Shown: positions 35,973 through 46,187, numbered from the stretch's first letter. The stretch: 64,000 nucleotides of DNA from Candidatus Saccharimonadota bacterium (GCA_024402895.1 JAKSSX010000001.1:22090-86089); one strand, 5' to 3'. Made by a program: numbers and translations. Notes: a model not told the origin generated them from the sequence alone.

Positions 35973-37525
35973 TGAGCGAAGATAATATTCTTGGTGGCGC
36001 ACAACCTGTTGCTCCAGCAGAACCTACTACGCCAGAAGAGCCAGTTTCCCAGCCAGAAACTGCTCCAGTTGAAGAAGTTGCAGCACCTGAGAAGACTCCA
36101 GAAGAGTTAGCTGCAGAAGAAGCAAAGGCAGAAGAAGAATTCATTTCTACCCCAGAAGATACGGTAGAGAATCCTTTGGTTGAGCCAGAATCAGTTGAAG
36201 AAACTGTAGAGCCAGAAGCTCCAATTCTAGAAGGTGCTATTGGTTCCGGCAATCTTCAGTCAAACCAGAAAGAAGAAGAAGTTGCTTCAGCTCCTGTAAG
36301 CAACGAGCTAAATGCTGCTTCTCAGGCTGTTGAGAATGCTATGGCTGCAAATGCTACTAGTACTGTAGCTGGCGAGCCAAAAAAGAAATCAAAGAAGGGT
36401 CTAGTAATCACTCTAATTATTGTATTCCTTCTTTTGATTGGCGGCGGTGTTGCTTTCCTTATCTGGTTCTTAATGGGAAATAGCCCTGAAAATATGCTTA
36501 AAGACGCTCTTTCTAAGATTTGGGATGCCGAAAATGTTCAGGCAACTGCAACTTTGGATGTAACCAATGACAAGGGCGAGAAAATCAATCTTACTCTCGA
36601 CGGCGTTCTAGCTGGTGCTGACGTTAGCGGTAGCGGCAAGATTAAGACCAAGCAGGATGGTAAGGATATTGAGATTGAATTTAGTGCTGCTTATTCCAAG
36701 GACGGTGCAGCTTACTTCAAATTCACCGGTCTCAAGAAGCTTGTTGAAGGTCTAACTGGTTCTTCTTCTAGTGACGACGAAGATGATGAAGACGGCACAG
36801 GCGCTATGGTTGCTATGCTTTCCGGTCTTCTCGGTGGCGTCGTAGAAAAGATTGATGGTGAATGGTATAAGGTCACTGCTTCTGAAGCTAAGGACATGGG
36901 TAGTGATGAAATCTCTTGTGTTCTCGAAAATATGAAGGGCGTCATGGATCCTTCTACGAAGAAAGAAATCAAGAGTATCTATGAGAAGAATCCATTCCTC
37001 GTAGTTAAGAAAGATGCTAACGTCGAAGAAAAAGATGGCGTTAAATACATCAAGGTTACTGTAGATAAAGAAAAATCCAAGAGCTTTGCTGACGAAACTA
37101 AGAATATTGATAGCTTAAAGAAGATTGCAGCTTGCTCAACTAGTGACGAAAAAGATGATGAAAAGGAAGAGAAATCTGAACCTGTAATCACTTTAGGCGT
37201 TAAGTCTATGGGTCATGAGCTTGTTTCTATGAACGTCAAGCAGGACGAAAATAGCATGGATGTAAAGCTCACCTATGATAAGAAAGATGCATCTATTCCA
37301 AGTGACGCAAAGAACATTGACGACCTTAAGGAAGCAATTGCCGAAGGTATTAAAGATGGTATTGGCAACTTTGCTCAGGCTATGTGTGAAGCTCAGTACG
37401 GCGATTATGGCCAGCAATTCGTAGATCTTTGTAAGAGCCAGGCTATGAGCGAGATGGGCGATATCGATGCAGACACTCTACTAAAGAATTTAAACTTTGG
37501 TGGCAGTAGCTCTATTGACCTCTAA
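35972..37525 (+). CDS. membrane-anchored acidic protein
   Basis: P/E-rich N-terminus, TM (LVITLIIVFLLLIGGGVAFLIWFL), and a roughly 350-aa D/E/K-rich ectodomain. No family recognised. Confidence 0.65.
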   Translation: MSEDNILGGAQPVAPAEPTTPEEPVSQPETAPVEEVAAPEKTPEELAAEEAKAEEEFISTPEDTVENPLVEPESVEETVEPEAPILEGAIGSGNLQSNQKEEEVASAPVSNELNAASQAVENAMAANATSTVAGEPKKKSKKGLVITLIIVFLLLIGGGVAFLIWFLMGNSPENMLKDALSKIWDAENVQATATLDVTNDKGEKINLTLDGVLAGADVSGSGKIKTKQDGKDIEIEFSAAYSKDGAAYFKFTGLKKLVEGLTGSSSSDDEDDEDGTGAMVAMLSGLLGGVVEKIDGEWYKVTASEAKDMGSDEISCVLENMKGVMDPSTKKEIKSIYEKNPFLVVKKDANVEEKDGVKYIKVTVDKEKSKSFADETKNIDSLKKIAACSTSDEKDDEKEEKSEPVITLGVKSMGHELVSMNVKQDENSMDVKLTYDKKDASIPSDAKNIDDLKEAIAEGIKDGIGNFAQAMCEAQYGDYGQQFVDLCKSQAMSEMGDIDADTLLKNLNFGGSSSIDL

Positions 37526-37535
37526 TAGCTTTTAG

Positions 37536-37568
37536 AAAAAATCCGCTCAGTAAAATGGGCGGATTTTT
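37536..37568 (+). terminator. intrinsic terminator
   Basis: AATCCGC ... GCGGATT followed by TTTT. Near-copy of the terminator at 17958. Confidence 0.85.
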
Positions 37569-37584
37569 GTTGTAAAATAATAGT

Positions 37585-38859
37585 ATGACGCCTAAGCTTA
37601 AAGAAAAGCTAAAAGAATTGCCGCGCGAGCCGGGTGTTTATTTTCATAAGAACCGTGCGGGCGAGGTAATTTATGTAGGTAAGGCGGCGATTTTAAAGAA
37701 TCGCGTACGCCAATATTTTCAGTCTCCGGACCGCAAGGATGCGAAAACACGCGCTTTAGTAGCTGAAATTGACGATACTGACTGGATTGTAGTTGATACG
37801 GAGATGGATGCACTTTTTCTTGAGAGCGAAATGATAAAGCGCTATATGCCGAAATGGAATATTTTGCTTCGCGACGATAAAGCTGTTAGCTACATACGCA
37901 TCGATATGAAATCTGAAGTACCGTGCGTAATGATGACGCGTAATCCAGAAGATGATGGTGCGGAATATTATGGGCCATATTATGGCAAGACGACGATTAT
38001 GCGTGCTTTGCGCGTGTTGCGTAAGATTTTTCCTTATTATGATCGCCCGTACACTGGCAGAAAGACGTTGAATACTGATTTAGGTCTAACTCCTGGCGTG
38101 GAAGTTGGCAAGATGAGTGCGCAGGATTACAAACGTAATTTGCGTCACATGATTAGTTATCTAAAGGGGAATAGAAAGCGTCTTGTTCGTGATATTGAGA
38201 AAATGATGTATGAAGCTGCGGCGAACGGCGAATATGAGAAGGCTGCGGAATATCGTAATCAATTCTTCGGCTTGAAGGGGCTCGGCACCAAGATTATTTT
38301 CTCCGATAAGGAATTTCTGGATATTTCCAGCGATAAAGCTTTGCAGGAATTACAGGAAATTATTGGGGCAGAGAAGCCGCTAGTTCGTATTGAAGGTTAT
38401 GATATTAGTCATCAATCCGGTACGAATGCGGTCGGTTCGATGGTTTGTTTTATTAATGGCGCGTCGGACAGGACAAAATATAGGCGTTTTAAGCTACGTA
38501 AGCAGCAAAATAACGACCCTGAGAGTATGTTTGAGGTATTGAGCAGGCGTATACATCATCTAGACGATTGGGGGCGTCCAGATTTAATTGTGCTTGATGG
38601 TTCGGTAGGGCAATTGTTGGCTGTGCGTGCGGTTTGCGCTGAAGCTGGCGTGCCAGTAATTGGACGCGATAAAAGTGGCGATCATAGTAAGAATGCGCGT
38701 GTTAGGATTGTGTTGCCGGAAGGCAGTGATTCTTATCGTATGGTTGAGCTAGCGCCAGATAGCCACATTGCTAAGCTTATTGCTCGTATTGATGACGAGA
38801 GCCATCGTTTTGCGATTCAGTATCATACTTTATTAAAACGCAAGGATGCTTTAAAATAA
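37585..38859 (+). CDS. uvrC: excinuclease ABC subunit C, short form lacking the C-terminal (HhH)2 region
   Basis: GIY-YIG (GVYFHKNRAGEVIYVGKA), UVR motif (YEKAAEYRNQ) and the RNase H-like region (IEGYDISH). Ends at 424 aa. Confidence 0.85.
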   Translation: MTPKLKEKLKELPREPGVYFHKNRAGEVIYVGKAAILKNRVRQYFQSPDRKDAKTRALVAEIDDTDWIVVDTEMDALFLESEMIKRYMPKWNILLRDDKAVSYIRIDMKSEVPCVMMTRNPEDDGAEYYGPYYGKTTIMRALRVLRKIFPYYDRPYTGRKTLNTDLGLTPGVEVGKMSAQDYKRNLRHMISYLKGNRKRLVRDIEKMMYEAAANGEYEKAAEYRNQFFGLKGLGTKIIFSDKEFLDISSDKALQELQEIIGAEKPLVRIEGYDISHQSGTNAVGSMVCFINGASDRTKYRRFKLRKQQNNDPESMFEVLSRRIHHLDDWGRPDLIVLDGSVGQLLAVRAVCAEAGVPVIGRDKSGDHSKNARVRIVLPEGSDSYRMVELAPDSHIAKLIARIDDESHRFAIQYHTLLKRKDALK

Positions 38860-38863
38860 GCTT

Positions 38864-39241
38864 ATGATTAAGAGGCAGTCATTGAGCTTTATTTTGCGTT
38901 GGTTCGTTTCCAGCGTTGCGATGTATATTTGTATTAATTTTTTCGGTAGCTTCAGGGAAGGCTCGGAAGTTATGCGCTCAAGTTTCTGGCTTTATCTTTC
39001 TGCCGGTTTAGTTTTTTCGGTTATCAATACGGTTATTAAGCCAATTGTGACGATTTTCTCGCTTCCATTTATCTTTTTGACTTTAGGCTTGTTTACGATT
39101 TTAGTAAATGCGGCGATGGTTGGTCTTACAATCTGGATTTTACCAGATGTTCAGATGACTTTTTGGGGAGCAGTAGAGAGTTGTATCTTAATCTCTCTTA
39201 TAAACTGTCTTGTCAATCTTGCGATGCCTGATGTAAAATAG
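38864..39241 (+). CDS. DUF360 / phage-holin-family-IV-like membrane protein
   Basis: ILRWFVSSVAMYICINFF... with four TM spans, a YvlD-like pattern. Confidence 0.6.
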   Translation: MIKRQSLSFILRWFVSSVAMYICINFFGSFREGSEVMRSSFWLYLSAGLVFSVINTVIKPIVTIFSLPFIFLTLGLFTILVNAAMVGLTIWILPDVQMTFWGAVESCILISLINCLVNLAMPDVK

Positions 39242-39245
39242 TTAT

Positions 39246-39470
39246 ATGGAAATAGGTGCTATTTGTAATACAATCACAGGCATTTCTGCCGTTTTGTTAA
39301 TTCTTTTGATTTTGCTTCAGCAGCGTGGTGCTAGCCTTGGTGCTGGTTTCGGTGCTAGCGGTGAGCTATTTACTGAACGTCGTGGTCTAGAGAAATCTAT
39401 GTTCAATACGACTGTCGTTATCGCATTCATTTTTGCGCTATCGATCTTAGCAACATTAATCGCAGGTTAA
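39246..39470 (+). CDS. secG: preprotein translocase subunit SecG
   Basis: LLILLQQRGASLGAGFGASGELFTERRG fits the SecG signature. Confidence 0.8.
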   Translation: MEIGAICNTITGISAVLLILLILLQQRGASLGAGFGASGELFTERRGLEKSMFNTTVVIAFIFALSILATLIAG

Positions 39471-41258
39471 ATGAACAAAACCAATAAAAAGAGTGGGCGT
39501 AGTCGTTTTAGTCGCAAGAAAATTGCGGACTTTTACCATGAGTCGACCGATAAGGTAGGCAAGCATTTTTCTGATAATTTTATTTCTCGTATTCAGAATG
39601 CACATGAAGTTCGTCTCTGGATTATTGAGTGGGTTTTATTGATTGTTGTCGTATTCCTTTTTGCGATTGTTCAATCGATGTGGTATGGCGATTCTTACCA
39701 TGTGGACGCCTATGTTAAAGGCGGTAATTATACTGAGGCAGTTTTAGGCGAAGTGAGCTCTATGAATCCACTTTACGCTACGACAAATGCCGAAAAGACT
39801 CTTGGTCGCTTACTTTTCGCGAACTTAGTCTCTCCAGATGGCTCCAGCCATAGCAAGGGTGAATTGGCAAAGAGCGCAAAGATGGATAATACTGGCCGTG
39901 TTTGGACGGTGACTTTACGCGATAATATTTTCTGGTCTGATGGCGAGCCGATTTTGGCAGACGACGTGATTTTTACGGTTGATTTAATTCGTGATAGGTC
40001 CGCAAAGACGACGATTTCTGCAGATTTCTCGCATGTTTCAACAAAGAAAATTAACGAAAAAACCATCGAGTTCACTTTGCCGTCTACTTACGTAGACTTT
40101 ATGGACTCCTTGGAATTTCCGGTAGTCCCAAGGCATATTTTGGGTGATATTAGCCCAGCTTTGGTTTATGAAAGCGACTTTTCGACTCATCCAGTTTGTT
40201 CTGGTCCATTCGTTTTGAATGCTATGCAGGCGGCAAACGTTACGAACCTTAATACGCAGACGATTTATTTAAATCGCAATACTAAGTATTTCTTGTCGGA
40301 TACTAAACTTGATACCTTCACCTTGAAGACCTATAAGAAACGCGAAGATATTATTGAGGCATTAAACGCGTCTGAGGCGACCGCTACGGCCGAGTTGGCT
40401 AATGACTCGGCAGAGAAGCTACGTAAGGGCATTTCGTCGCGTGAGAGCCTTCTAAATGGTGGTGTTTTTGCCTTTATCAATACGAAGAGTGATAATCTTT
40501 CAAATAAATATATTCGTCAGGCAATCAGTCGTGGCGTAAATATGAATAAGGTTCGCGAAAACATCGATGAGTCGCAGATTTTAGATTATCCAATTTTGGA
40601 ACGTCAGGAATCTTTGACATATCCTGAGCTTCTAAAATATGATCTCAATGCGGCTAAGGAGTTAATTGCGAAAGCTCAGTTTAAATATAATAAGCAGGGT
40701 AAGATCGTAGATAAAGACGGTTTGCCTGTAGTATTAAATATTGCAGTGCAGAAGCGTGATACTATCACTGAGGTTGCTGAGCGTTTCGCTGAAGAATTGA
40801 GGCTTTTGGGTTTTGATGTTTCTGTGAATGTTTATGATGAGTCTCAGACGACGGCAGATTTCTTTACTGCAGTTGTTCGTCCTCGCGACTATGATATTTT
40901 ATTCTACGAAGTAAACTTGGGCGTAAGCGCGGATCCGTTCGTCTACTATAGCTCCACTCAGGCAACGGCTGGTGGCTGGAACTTTAGCAACTATACGAAT
41001 AGCCTCGTGGATGATGCATTATTGTCGGCTCATACAACGACTAATATGAATATTCGTAAGGCGAAGTATGAATACTTCTTGAAGACTTGGGCCGCTGATG
41101 TTCCTGCTATCGCAATGTATCAGTCGAGCTTGAAATATTATTACGAATCGAATGTTCAGATTTATTCTGAAAATCTTCAGATGACGGATGTTTTGGATCG
41201 CTTTAATGATGTGCGCTATTGGGCGTCAGAAAAGCGTTCCGTGAATGTGACGCCATAA
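39471..41258 (+). CDS. TM-anchored family-5 solute-binding protein (peptide/nickel type), no adjacent permease
   Basis: WSDGEPILADDVIFT and the overall length and pattern of the SBP_bac_5 family. N-terminal TM instead of a lipobox. Confidence 0.75.
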   Translation: MNKTNKKSGRSRFSRKKIADFYHESTDKVGKHFSDNFISRIQNAHEVRLWIIEWVLLIVVVFLFAIVQSMWYGDSYHVDAYVKGGNYTEAVLGEVSSMNPLYATTNAEKTLGRLLFANLVSPDGSSHSKGELAKSAKMDNTGRVWTVTLRDNIFWSDGEPILADDVIFTVDLIRDRSAKTTISADFSHVSTKKINEKTIEFTLPSTYVDFMDSLEFPVVPRHILGDISPALVYESDFSTHPVCSGPFVLNAMQAANVTNLNTQTIYLNRNTKYFLSDTKLDTFTLKTYKKREDIIEALNASEATATAELANDSAEKLRKGISSRESLLNGGVFAFINTKSDNLSNKYIRQAISRGVNMNKVRENIDESQILDYPILERQESLTYPELLKYDLNAAKELIAKAQFKYNKQGKIVDKDGLPVVLNIAVQKRDTITEVAERFAEELRLLGFDVSVNVYDESQTTADFFTAVVRPRDYDILFYEVNLGVSADPFVYYSSTQATAGGWNFSNYTNSLVDDALLSAHTTTNMNIRKAKYEYFLKTWAADVPAIAMYQSSLKYYYESNVQIYSENLQMTDVLDRFNDVRYWASEKRSVNVTP

Positions 41259-41274
41259 TTGTTGCGACTTATGC

Positions 41275-41303
41275 TTGCGGGGAAGTAAAAATTTTGGTAT
41301 AAT
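41275..41303 (+). promoter_or_regulatory. promoter of tRNA-Leu(GAG)
   Basis: TTGCGG, 17-nt spacer, TGgTATAAT. The tRNA starts 11 nt downstream. Confidence 0.55.
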
Positions 41304-41313
41304 TCTAGCAGTT

Positions 41314-41404
41314 GCACCCGTGGTGGAATTGGTAGACACGCTAGCTTGAGGTGCTAGTGGCTATTCAAACGGCTGTGCTAGTTCGAGTCTAGTCGGGTGC
41401 ACCA
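41314..41404 (+). tRNA. tRNA-Leu (anticodon GAG)
   Basis: Acceptor GCACCCG/CGGGTGC, anticodon stem CTAGC/GCTAG with loop TTGAGGT, long variable arm, encoded CCA. Confidence 0.9.
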
Positions 41405-41414
41405 ATATGAATGA

Positions 41415-41438
41415 ACAGTCCCTAAAGGGCTGTTTTTT
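41415..41438 (+). terminator. terminator 1 after tRNA-Leu
   Basis: ACAG(t)CCC taaa GGGCTGT followed by TTTTTT. Confidence 0.7.
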
Positions 41439-41445
41439 CTCTGTT

Positions 41446-41474
41446 GAGAGGCGGTTCGACCCGCCTCTTTTTTG
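41446..41474 (+). terminator. terminator 2 (tandem)
   Basis: GAGGCGG ttcgac CCGCCTC followed by TTTTTT. Confidence 0.75.
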
Positions 41475-41563
41475 TTGTCGTATTTTTTATGATTAAAAAA
41501 TATTTAAGTATAAGCAGTAGCGCTATATAATGAAGATAGTTGAGGTAAAGATTAAGGAGAAAA

Positions 41564-43627
41564 ATGTCTAACGCTGAAAAAGGTGGTAATGGTGAGAGTG
41601 GTGGCAATAATCAGGCGACGGGATGGGATTCTTTAAGGAGTCCATATTATACTGAGGAAACTCCTGATACTAGTGTTTTTGATGATCCTGTTGCTGACGG
41701 CATAGAATTTACTTCTTCTAACGCTCAGACGACTCCGGATGTTCCGGATTTTAGCGTGTTTGACGCTCCTTCAACAGATGCGTCAACATTTTCAGGTAGT
41801 GATGATATGAGCTGGTATGATGGCTCATTTATTGAACTCGATTCGCAGTGGAAAGCTGAAGTAGCTGAAGAAAAAAGAAAAGACGAAGAGAGGGCTATGG
41901 CAGAGCGGCTCGATGAGCTTGAGGCGGTTAGAAAGAAAAACGCTTTTGATTTTGAGTTGCTCGCAGATGCTGCTGGTGGTAACCTTAAGTATTTATATGA
42001 TAGCTGTACAGATGAACAGAGACAGAGGCTTCAGGCCAGTGTTGATTTGGTTTTTGCGCCAGTTTCGGTAGCTATGAATGATACGAATTCGACGAAGAGA
42101 ATCGAAAGCCTTCATTGCTTTCAGGAAGCGGTTAGTACGTATCTTAAAGAAAAAGCGCATGGGGCTATTTCTGATGAGGTGGAGAATAAAATTACTAAGT
42201 TTATGCAGGGTGCTATGGATACACTTAGTGAAAAATATCCAGATGACGGCGAAATACGTATAGGAAATAATGAGACTCAGGAAAGTGATAGTAATCTAGG
42301 AAAAGATGTGCGTGTAAAAGCGGATACTCTCAGCAATGCAATTCTTGCTGCTGTGGTTGACGGAAATGCGGAGGCGATTGGTGCGGTTACTGATACGGTT
42401 GAATTATTGAAATCATCTTTAGGCGACAGCATCGAAAGAGGGGATGAAACAAAATCTTCGATATGGATGAACTATTGTAGCGTGCATGGTGCCGATAAGG
42501 GGCGCGCTAACGCGTTCTTAGAGAATGTTGTTGCGGCTATTGATGCCGGTGATCCAGAAGTTGACTGTTTGATTAAAAAAAGTAACTCGTATTCATCTAG
42601 ACTAGATACTTTCGGTATAGCGGATTTTACTACGCATATGTTAGTTTCGCAAATTAATCCGACGAATATTCAAGAGTTGTTGTTGGCTCAAAGAGAAATA
42701 CCGACGAGTGATTATGCGGCCTTTGAGCAGAATCGAAAGGATGCCTGCGAGCTTTGTCATGCAATTATTCGACGAAGAGATTTTATTCACGATGAGCTTC
42801 CTGGAGTTCATGAACTTCTAGCCGCAATGCTAAAGTTTTATGACACAAAGGATGACGCCGAGGCGCATCAAAAAGCGAACGAAGAATTGCATAGGATTTA
42901 CGAAAGAAAAACGGAACAAGACGCAGCCTTTTATGATGCAAGTGATAGTATTTTTGATTTAGGCAACTATGAAAAGATTACTGAACGAAAAGGCAGAAGT
43001 ATAGATGAGGGCAGTGGGATATATGAGCCGGCCGTAGAAGCGTTAAGGCGCTTAGTAGAGAATACTGACCCTAAGACGTTGGAAAAACCTGAGACTGGCG
43101 ATCAGGAACTTGATTCGATGATTAATGGAATGCTTCTTAAGACTAACGAAGTAACTGGAGAGGCTTACGTTGATTTTCGTCAAGTGGGCGGTATTACTAA
43201 GCGTATGAATGAGATCCTAAAAGAGCATATGGGCGAGTCTGGAATGCATTCATCAATGTTAAAGAGCATTGCGTTCGTAGAGAGGGTGGCTACTTTCGCG
43301 CTTAGGGGCGTGACTGAAAAAGATAGACACGAACTGCTTTTTGATCCGAACTTCAAGGAAATGTGTCGTTTTGCAGAGCTTACTTCGCAAAGCAGGGAGT
43401 ATAGTGAGTCTGACTTTGAAGGCTTTTGGAGTAAGGTTCAGCGCGTAAAGAATTTTGATGATGTTAACGAGATAAATACTCGCTTCCAGATGCTTGCGCA
43501 TCGTAGATTAAGTCAGTTGCGTGATTTACCGCATAAGACAAAGTTCCTGAGACGCGAGGCTGGCGCGCTTTGGTCTGGTAATTTGAATCATGAGATTATT
43601 GGATTAGTGGACGCGAGAAAATATTAA
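41564..43627 (+). CDS. 687-aa orphan soluble, predominantly helical protein
   Basis: AAGGAG Shine-Dalgarno, no TM or signal peptide. Acidic N-terminus with duplicated SVFD(D/A)P motif. No family recognised. Confidence 0.7.
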   Translation: MSNAEKGGNGESGGNNQATGWDSLRSPYYTEETPDTSVFDDPVADGIEFTSSNAQTTPDVPDFSVFDAPSTDASTFSGSDDMSWYDGSFIELDSQWKAEVAEEKRKDEERAMAERLDELEAVRKKNAFDFELLADAAGGNLKYLYDSCTDEQRQRLQASVDLVFAPVSVAMNDTNSTKRIESLHCFQEAVSTYLKEKAHGAISDEVENKITKFMQGAMDTLSEKYPDDGEIRIGNNETQESDSNLGKDVRVKADTLSNAILAAVVDGNAEAIGAVTDTVELLKSSLGDSIERGDETKSSIWMNYCSVHGADKGRANAFLENVVAAIDAGDPEVDCLIKKSNSYSSRLDTFGIADFTTHMLVSQINPTNIQELLLAQREIPTSDYAAFEQNRKDACELCHAIIRRRDFIHDELPGVHELLAAMLKFYDTKDDAEAHQKANEELHRIYERKTEQDAAFYDASDSIFDLGNYEKITERKGRSIDEGSGIYEPAVEALRRLVENTDPKTLEKPETGDQELDSMINGMLLKTNEVTGEAYVDFRQVGGITKRMNEILKEHMGESGMHSSMLKSIAFVERVATFALRGVTEKDRHELLFDPNFKEMCRFAELTSQSREYSESDFEGFWSKVQRVKNFDDVNEINTRFQMLAHRRLSQLRDLPHKTKFLRREAGALWSGNLNHEIIGLVDARKY

Positions 43628-43652
43628 AAAGAGCCCTTCGCGGGCTCTTTTT
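43626..43652. terminator. bidirectional terminator
   Basis: AGAGCCC ttcgc GGGCTCT, with A-runs and T-runs. Confidence 0.85.
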
Positions 43653-43658
43653 AATTAA

Positions 43659-44621
43659 TTAAACCTTTTGTATGTCGAGAATTATTGTCGTTGCCCAATT
43701 TGGAGCAGTTGATTTTGCGAGCTTCGCAAAATCGATTGGATTGTCACAAATTATAGCGCTAATATACTGTTTTTCTTTGGTAATAATATTCCATAAGACA
43801 TCTTCTTTTGCTTTGTCTGACGGCTCGACGATTGCCAAATTGTTTTTCTGTGCGAGCGTATTTTTGAGTTGCTCGATTTTCTGCGTGTCTGTGCTATAAA
43901 TGACAATTAATTCGAATAGAGGCTGCTCGACGGGAAGAGAAATGCCTTTTTGACCTATTCTGAGGCTAAAATACTCTTCCTGCGTACGGCATTCTTCGCT
44001 TTCACGGTAGGCATTTTCAGCGAAGCTTTTTAGTGCCGGCTCGATGCAGTTTTCTAGGATAGACGCAATGGCTTCATCTCGAAGAGGCTCGTAATCTCGA
44101 ATGATGGTGTTGATTAGGTTTTTGTAATTGCTGGAAACTAAAATCGAGCCATTTTTCTGGATCTTATAATTGTTTAAAATATTACTGATTCTGCCGTCAA
44201 TACAGAGATAGGCGATATTTTTGTCTTGGAAATTTTTTTGAATTTTTTGGCTATCCTCTATGAGCTGGCGGCTGCTAGTTATATTAATAAAGAAGCAATT
44301 TAGTGGCAGGTATTTTTCGACAGAGAAGAAGACGCGCTTATTTGCGTTAATGCTTTGCGTGTCATTTTTGACTCCGTCTGTATTGTTAATAAAAACGTCG
44401 ATTTCGCCGAACTTTTCTTTTATTATTTCGAAAAATTGTTTGGCCTGTTCTTGATTTTCGAGATTGGTGGTTTCGTAATAAAAATGCGGTTCATCTTCTT
44501 CGTGTTCTTCACCGAGCTCGGGCGAATTGGCGAAAATTATTGTGTCTTCGGAGCTAAAAAATGACCCATCATAATCCGTAAGAGGGAAATTTTCGTCATA
44601 TGAAGAAAATACAATAACCAT
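43659..44621 (-). CDS. 320-aa orphan protein, AT-rich gene
   Basis: TATAAT ends 7 nt before the ATG. IDVFINNTDG faintly recalls the SDR IDVLVNNAG motif, but there is no Gly-rich NAD motif. Confidence 0.6.
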   Translation of the reverse strand: MVIVFSSYDENFPLTDYDGSFFSSEDTIIFANSPELGEEHEEDEPHFYYETTNLENQEQAKQFFEIIKEKFGEIDVFINNTDGVKNDTQSINANKRVFFSVEKYLPLNCFFINITSSRQLIEDSQKIQKNFQDKNIAYLCIDGRISNILNNYKIQKNGSILVSSNYKNLINTIIRDYEPLRDEAIASILENCIEPALKSFAENAYRESEECRTQEEYFSLRIGQKGISLPVEQPLFELIVIYSTDTQKIEQLKNTLAQKNNLAIVEPSDKAKEDVLWNIITKEKQYISAIICDNPIDFAKLAKSTAPNWATTIILDIQKV

Positions 44622-44655
44622 AAGCTTATTATACTACTTCAAACGGCTCAATAGG

Positions 44656-45516
44656 TTAGAATAGCAAATCTACGATGAGGCCAACAATTACGCCGACTAG
44701 GTAGATAGTTACGAGAATATTAATATTTTGTTTGATGTTTTTGTTGGACTTAAAGAGTAATAGAATGCCGATTCCGCTGCCGGTAAGCAAACCTGCGAAT
44801 AGAGTTCCGATAGTGATGAGACCGGAAAGATAAAGTTCGGTAATAATAATGCTTCCGGCGCAATTTGGTACGAGCCCAATTAAGCTGGCGAGGAAGTAAG
44901 TAAAGATATTTCCACCAAGTAGAAGATTAGAGAGATTTTCTTCGCCGATATAGAAAATAATTAGATTAATTATTAGGTTGATGCCTAGAACGAAAGCGAT
45001 AGTTTTTAGAGTATGCTTGATGGCGGAAGTTAGAATTTTATCTTTTTCGCAGCCGCAATGATCATGTTCGCAAAGTTCTTTTACGATTTCTTTTGCATTT
45101 TGTTTTGGCGCGATTTTTGCGTAGAAAAAGTCGATAATGAAGCCAAGGATGATTGCAATAAGTACTTTTGCGCCGATGATTTTTAGCATGATGGAAGGGT
45201 CTGCGCCTTCACTTAGCATGACTGGGAGCATCTCGTCGCTAGTTGATAAGAAAATGGCGATAAGCGTGCCAATAGTAATGACGCGATTCGAAAAAAGATT
45301 TGCCGCCATAGCGCTGAAGCCGCACTGAGGTAAAGCTCCGATAACGCCTCCGATGAGTGGACCGAGTTTTCTGCGTTCGCTGAGGATTTTTTGACTCTTT
45401 TTGCTGAATTTGTGCTCAATTAATTCGAGCAAAAGAAAAGTTACTAAGAGATAGGGAAGTATCTTTAGCGAATCAAACAGAGCATCTAATATAGAATCGA
45501 GCATAACTAATAACAT
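44656..45516 (-). CDS. multi-pass membrane protein with paired PxC(G/A)xS motifs (possibly ArsP_2-like metal permease)
   Basis: LPQCGFSAMAANLF and VPNCAGSIIITELY in the two halves, with a central HDHCGCEKD. Family assignment is from memory only. Start uncertain (45534 TTG, 45516 ATG or 45504 ATG). Confidence 0.5.
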   Translation of the reverse strand: MLLVMLDSILDALFDSLKILPYLLVTFLLLELIEHKFSKKSQKILSERRKLGPLIGGVIGALPQCGFSAMAANLFSNRVITIGTLIAIFLSTSDEMLPVMLSEGADPSIMLKIIGAKVLIAIILGFIIDFFYAKIAPKQNAKEIVKELCEHDHCGCEKDKILTSAIKHTLKTIAFVLGINLIINLIIFYIGEENLSNLLLGGNIFTYFLASLIGLVPNCAGSIIITELYLSGLITIGTLFAGLLTGSGIGILLLFKSNKNIKQNINILVTIYLVGVIVGLIVDLLF

Positions 45517-45618
45517 TCTATAATATAATTGCAAGCGCCGGCAAATATGGTATTATATTCCGTATGAATTGGGTGGGGTTCCGTTCTTTGTTGTTATAAG
45601 ATAGGAGGATTAATTCCG

Positions 45619-46104
45619 ATGGGGGCTTCTTCTTTTTTTAGTTATTATGGTGGCGATTTGAAAACAATGCTGCTGAGAGATTTTGTCTGTAAGGGCAAAG
45701 GAGATGATTTCGTGATGCCGATGGACGAGCCGATAAATCGTCACTTCGGTACGTTGGCGATCGATATGAATACTGATGAGTATTCAAGGGCAATTGAAGT
45801 GCTTAATGGGCAGTACGGCGAAGCTATGCTCGTAGGAATCGAAGATTTAGAAAGCGGATCTCCGTATGTATTTGTCCAGAAAGTTGAGATTAATGGAAAC
45901 CATTATATGTTTCCTATCATCCTGAACGCCGAGATTTGTGACTCTGCTGACGATGGCGCTTATGTAGATCTTGGCGTGAAGAGTTTCAGTTTGAGACTCG
46001 GTAATGAGATAGATCCCGATAGAAAGTGTTCCGCTCGTGTTGTTTATGCGGCTGGAAAGCGCATAGAGTGGAATAGCGAAGATATCGACATGCTTTTTAA
46101 GTAA
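45619..46104 (+). CDS. 161-aa orphan protein
   Basis: AGGAGG lies 9 nt upstream of the ATG. Terminator downstream. Confidence 0.6.
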   Translation: MGASSFFSYYGGDLKTMLLRDFVCKGKGDDFVMPMDEPINRHFGTLAIDMNTDEYSRAIEVLNGQYGEAMLVGIEDLESGSPYVFVQKVEINGNHYMFPIILNAEICDSADDGAYVDLGVKSFSLRLGNEIDPDRKCSARVVYAAGKRIEWNSEDIDMLFK

Positions 46105-46152
46105 GTACAAGTAGGTCAGAACAATCCCTTATCCAATTCAATCAATATATAG

Positions 46153-46187
46153 AGCCGAGGAGCGATATCATCCTCGGCTTATTTTTA
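46153..46187 (+). terminator. intrinsic terminator
   Basis: AGCCGAGGA ... TCCTCGGCT followed by tATTTTT. Confidence 0.8.
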
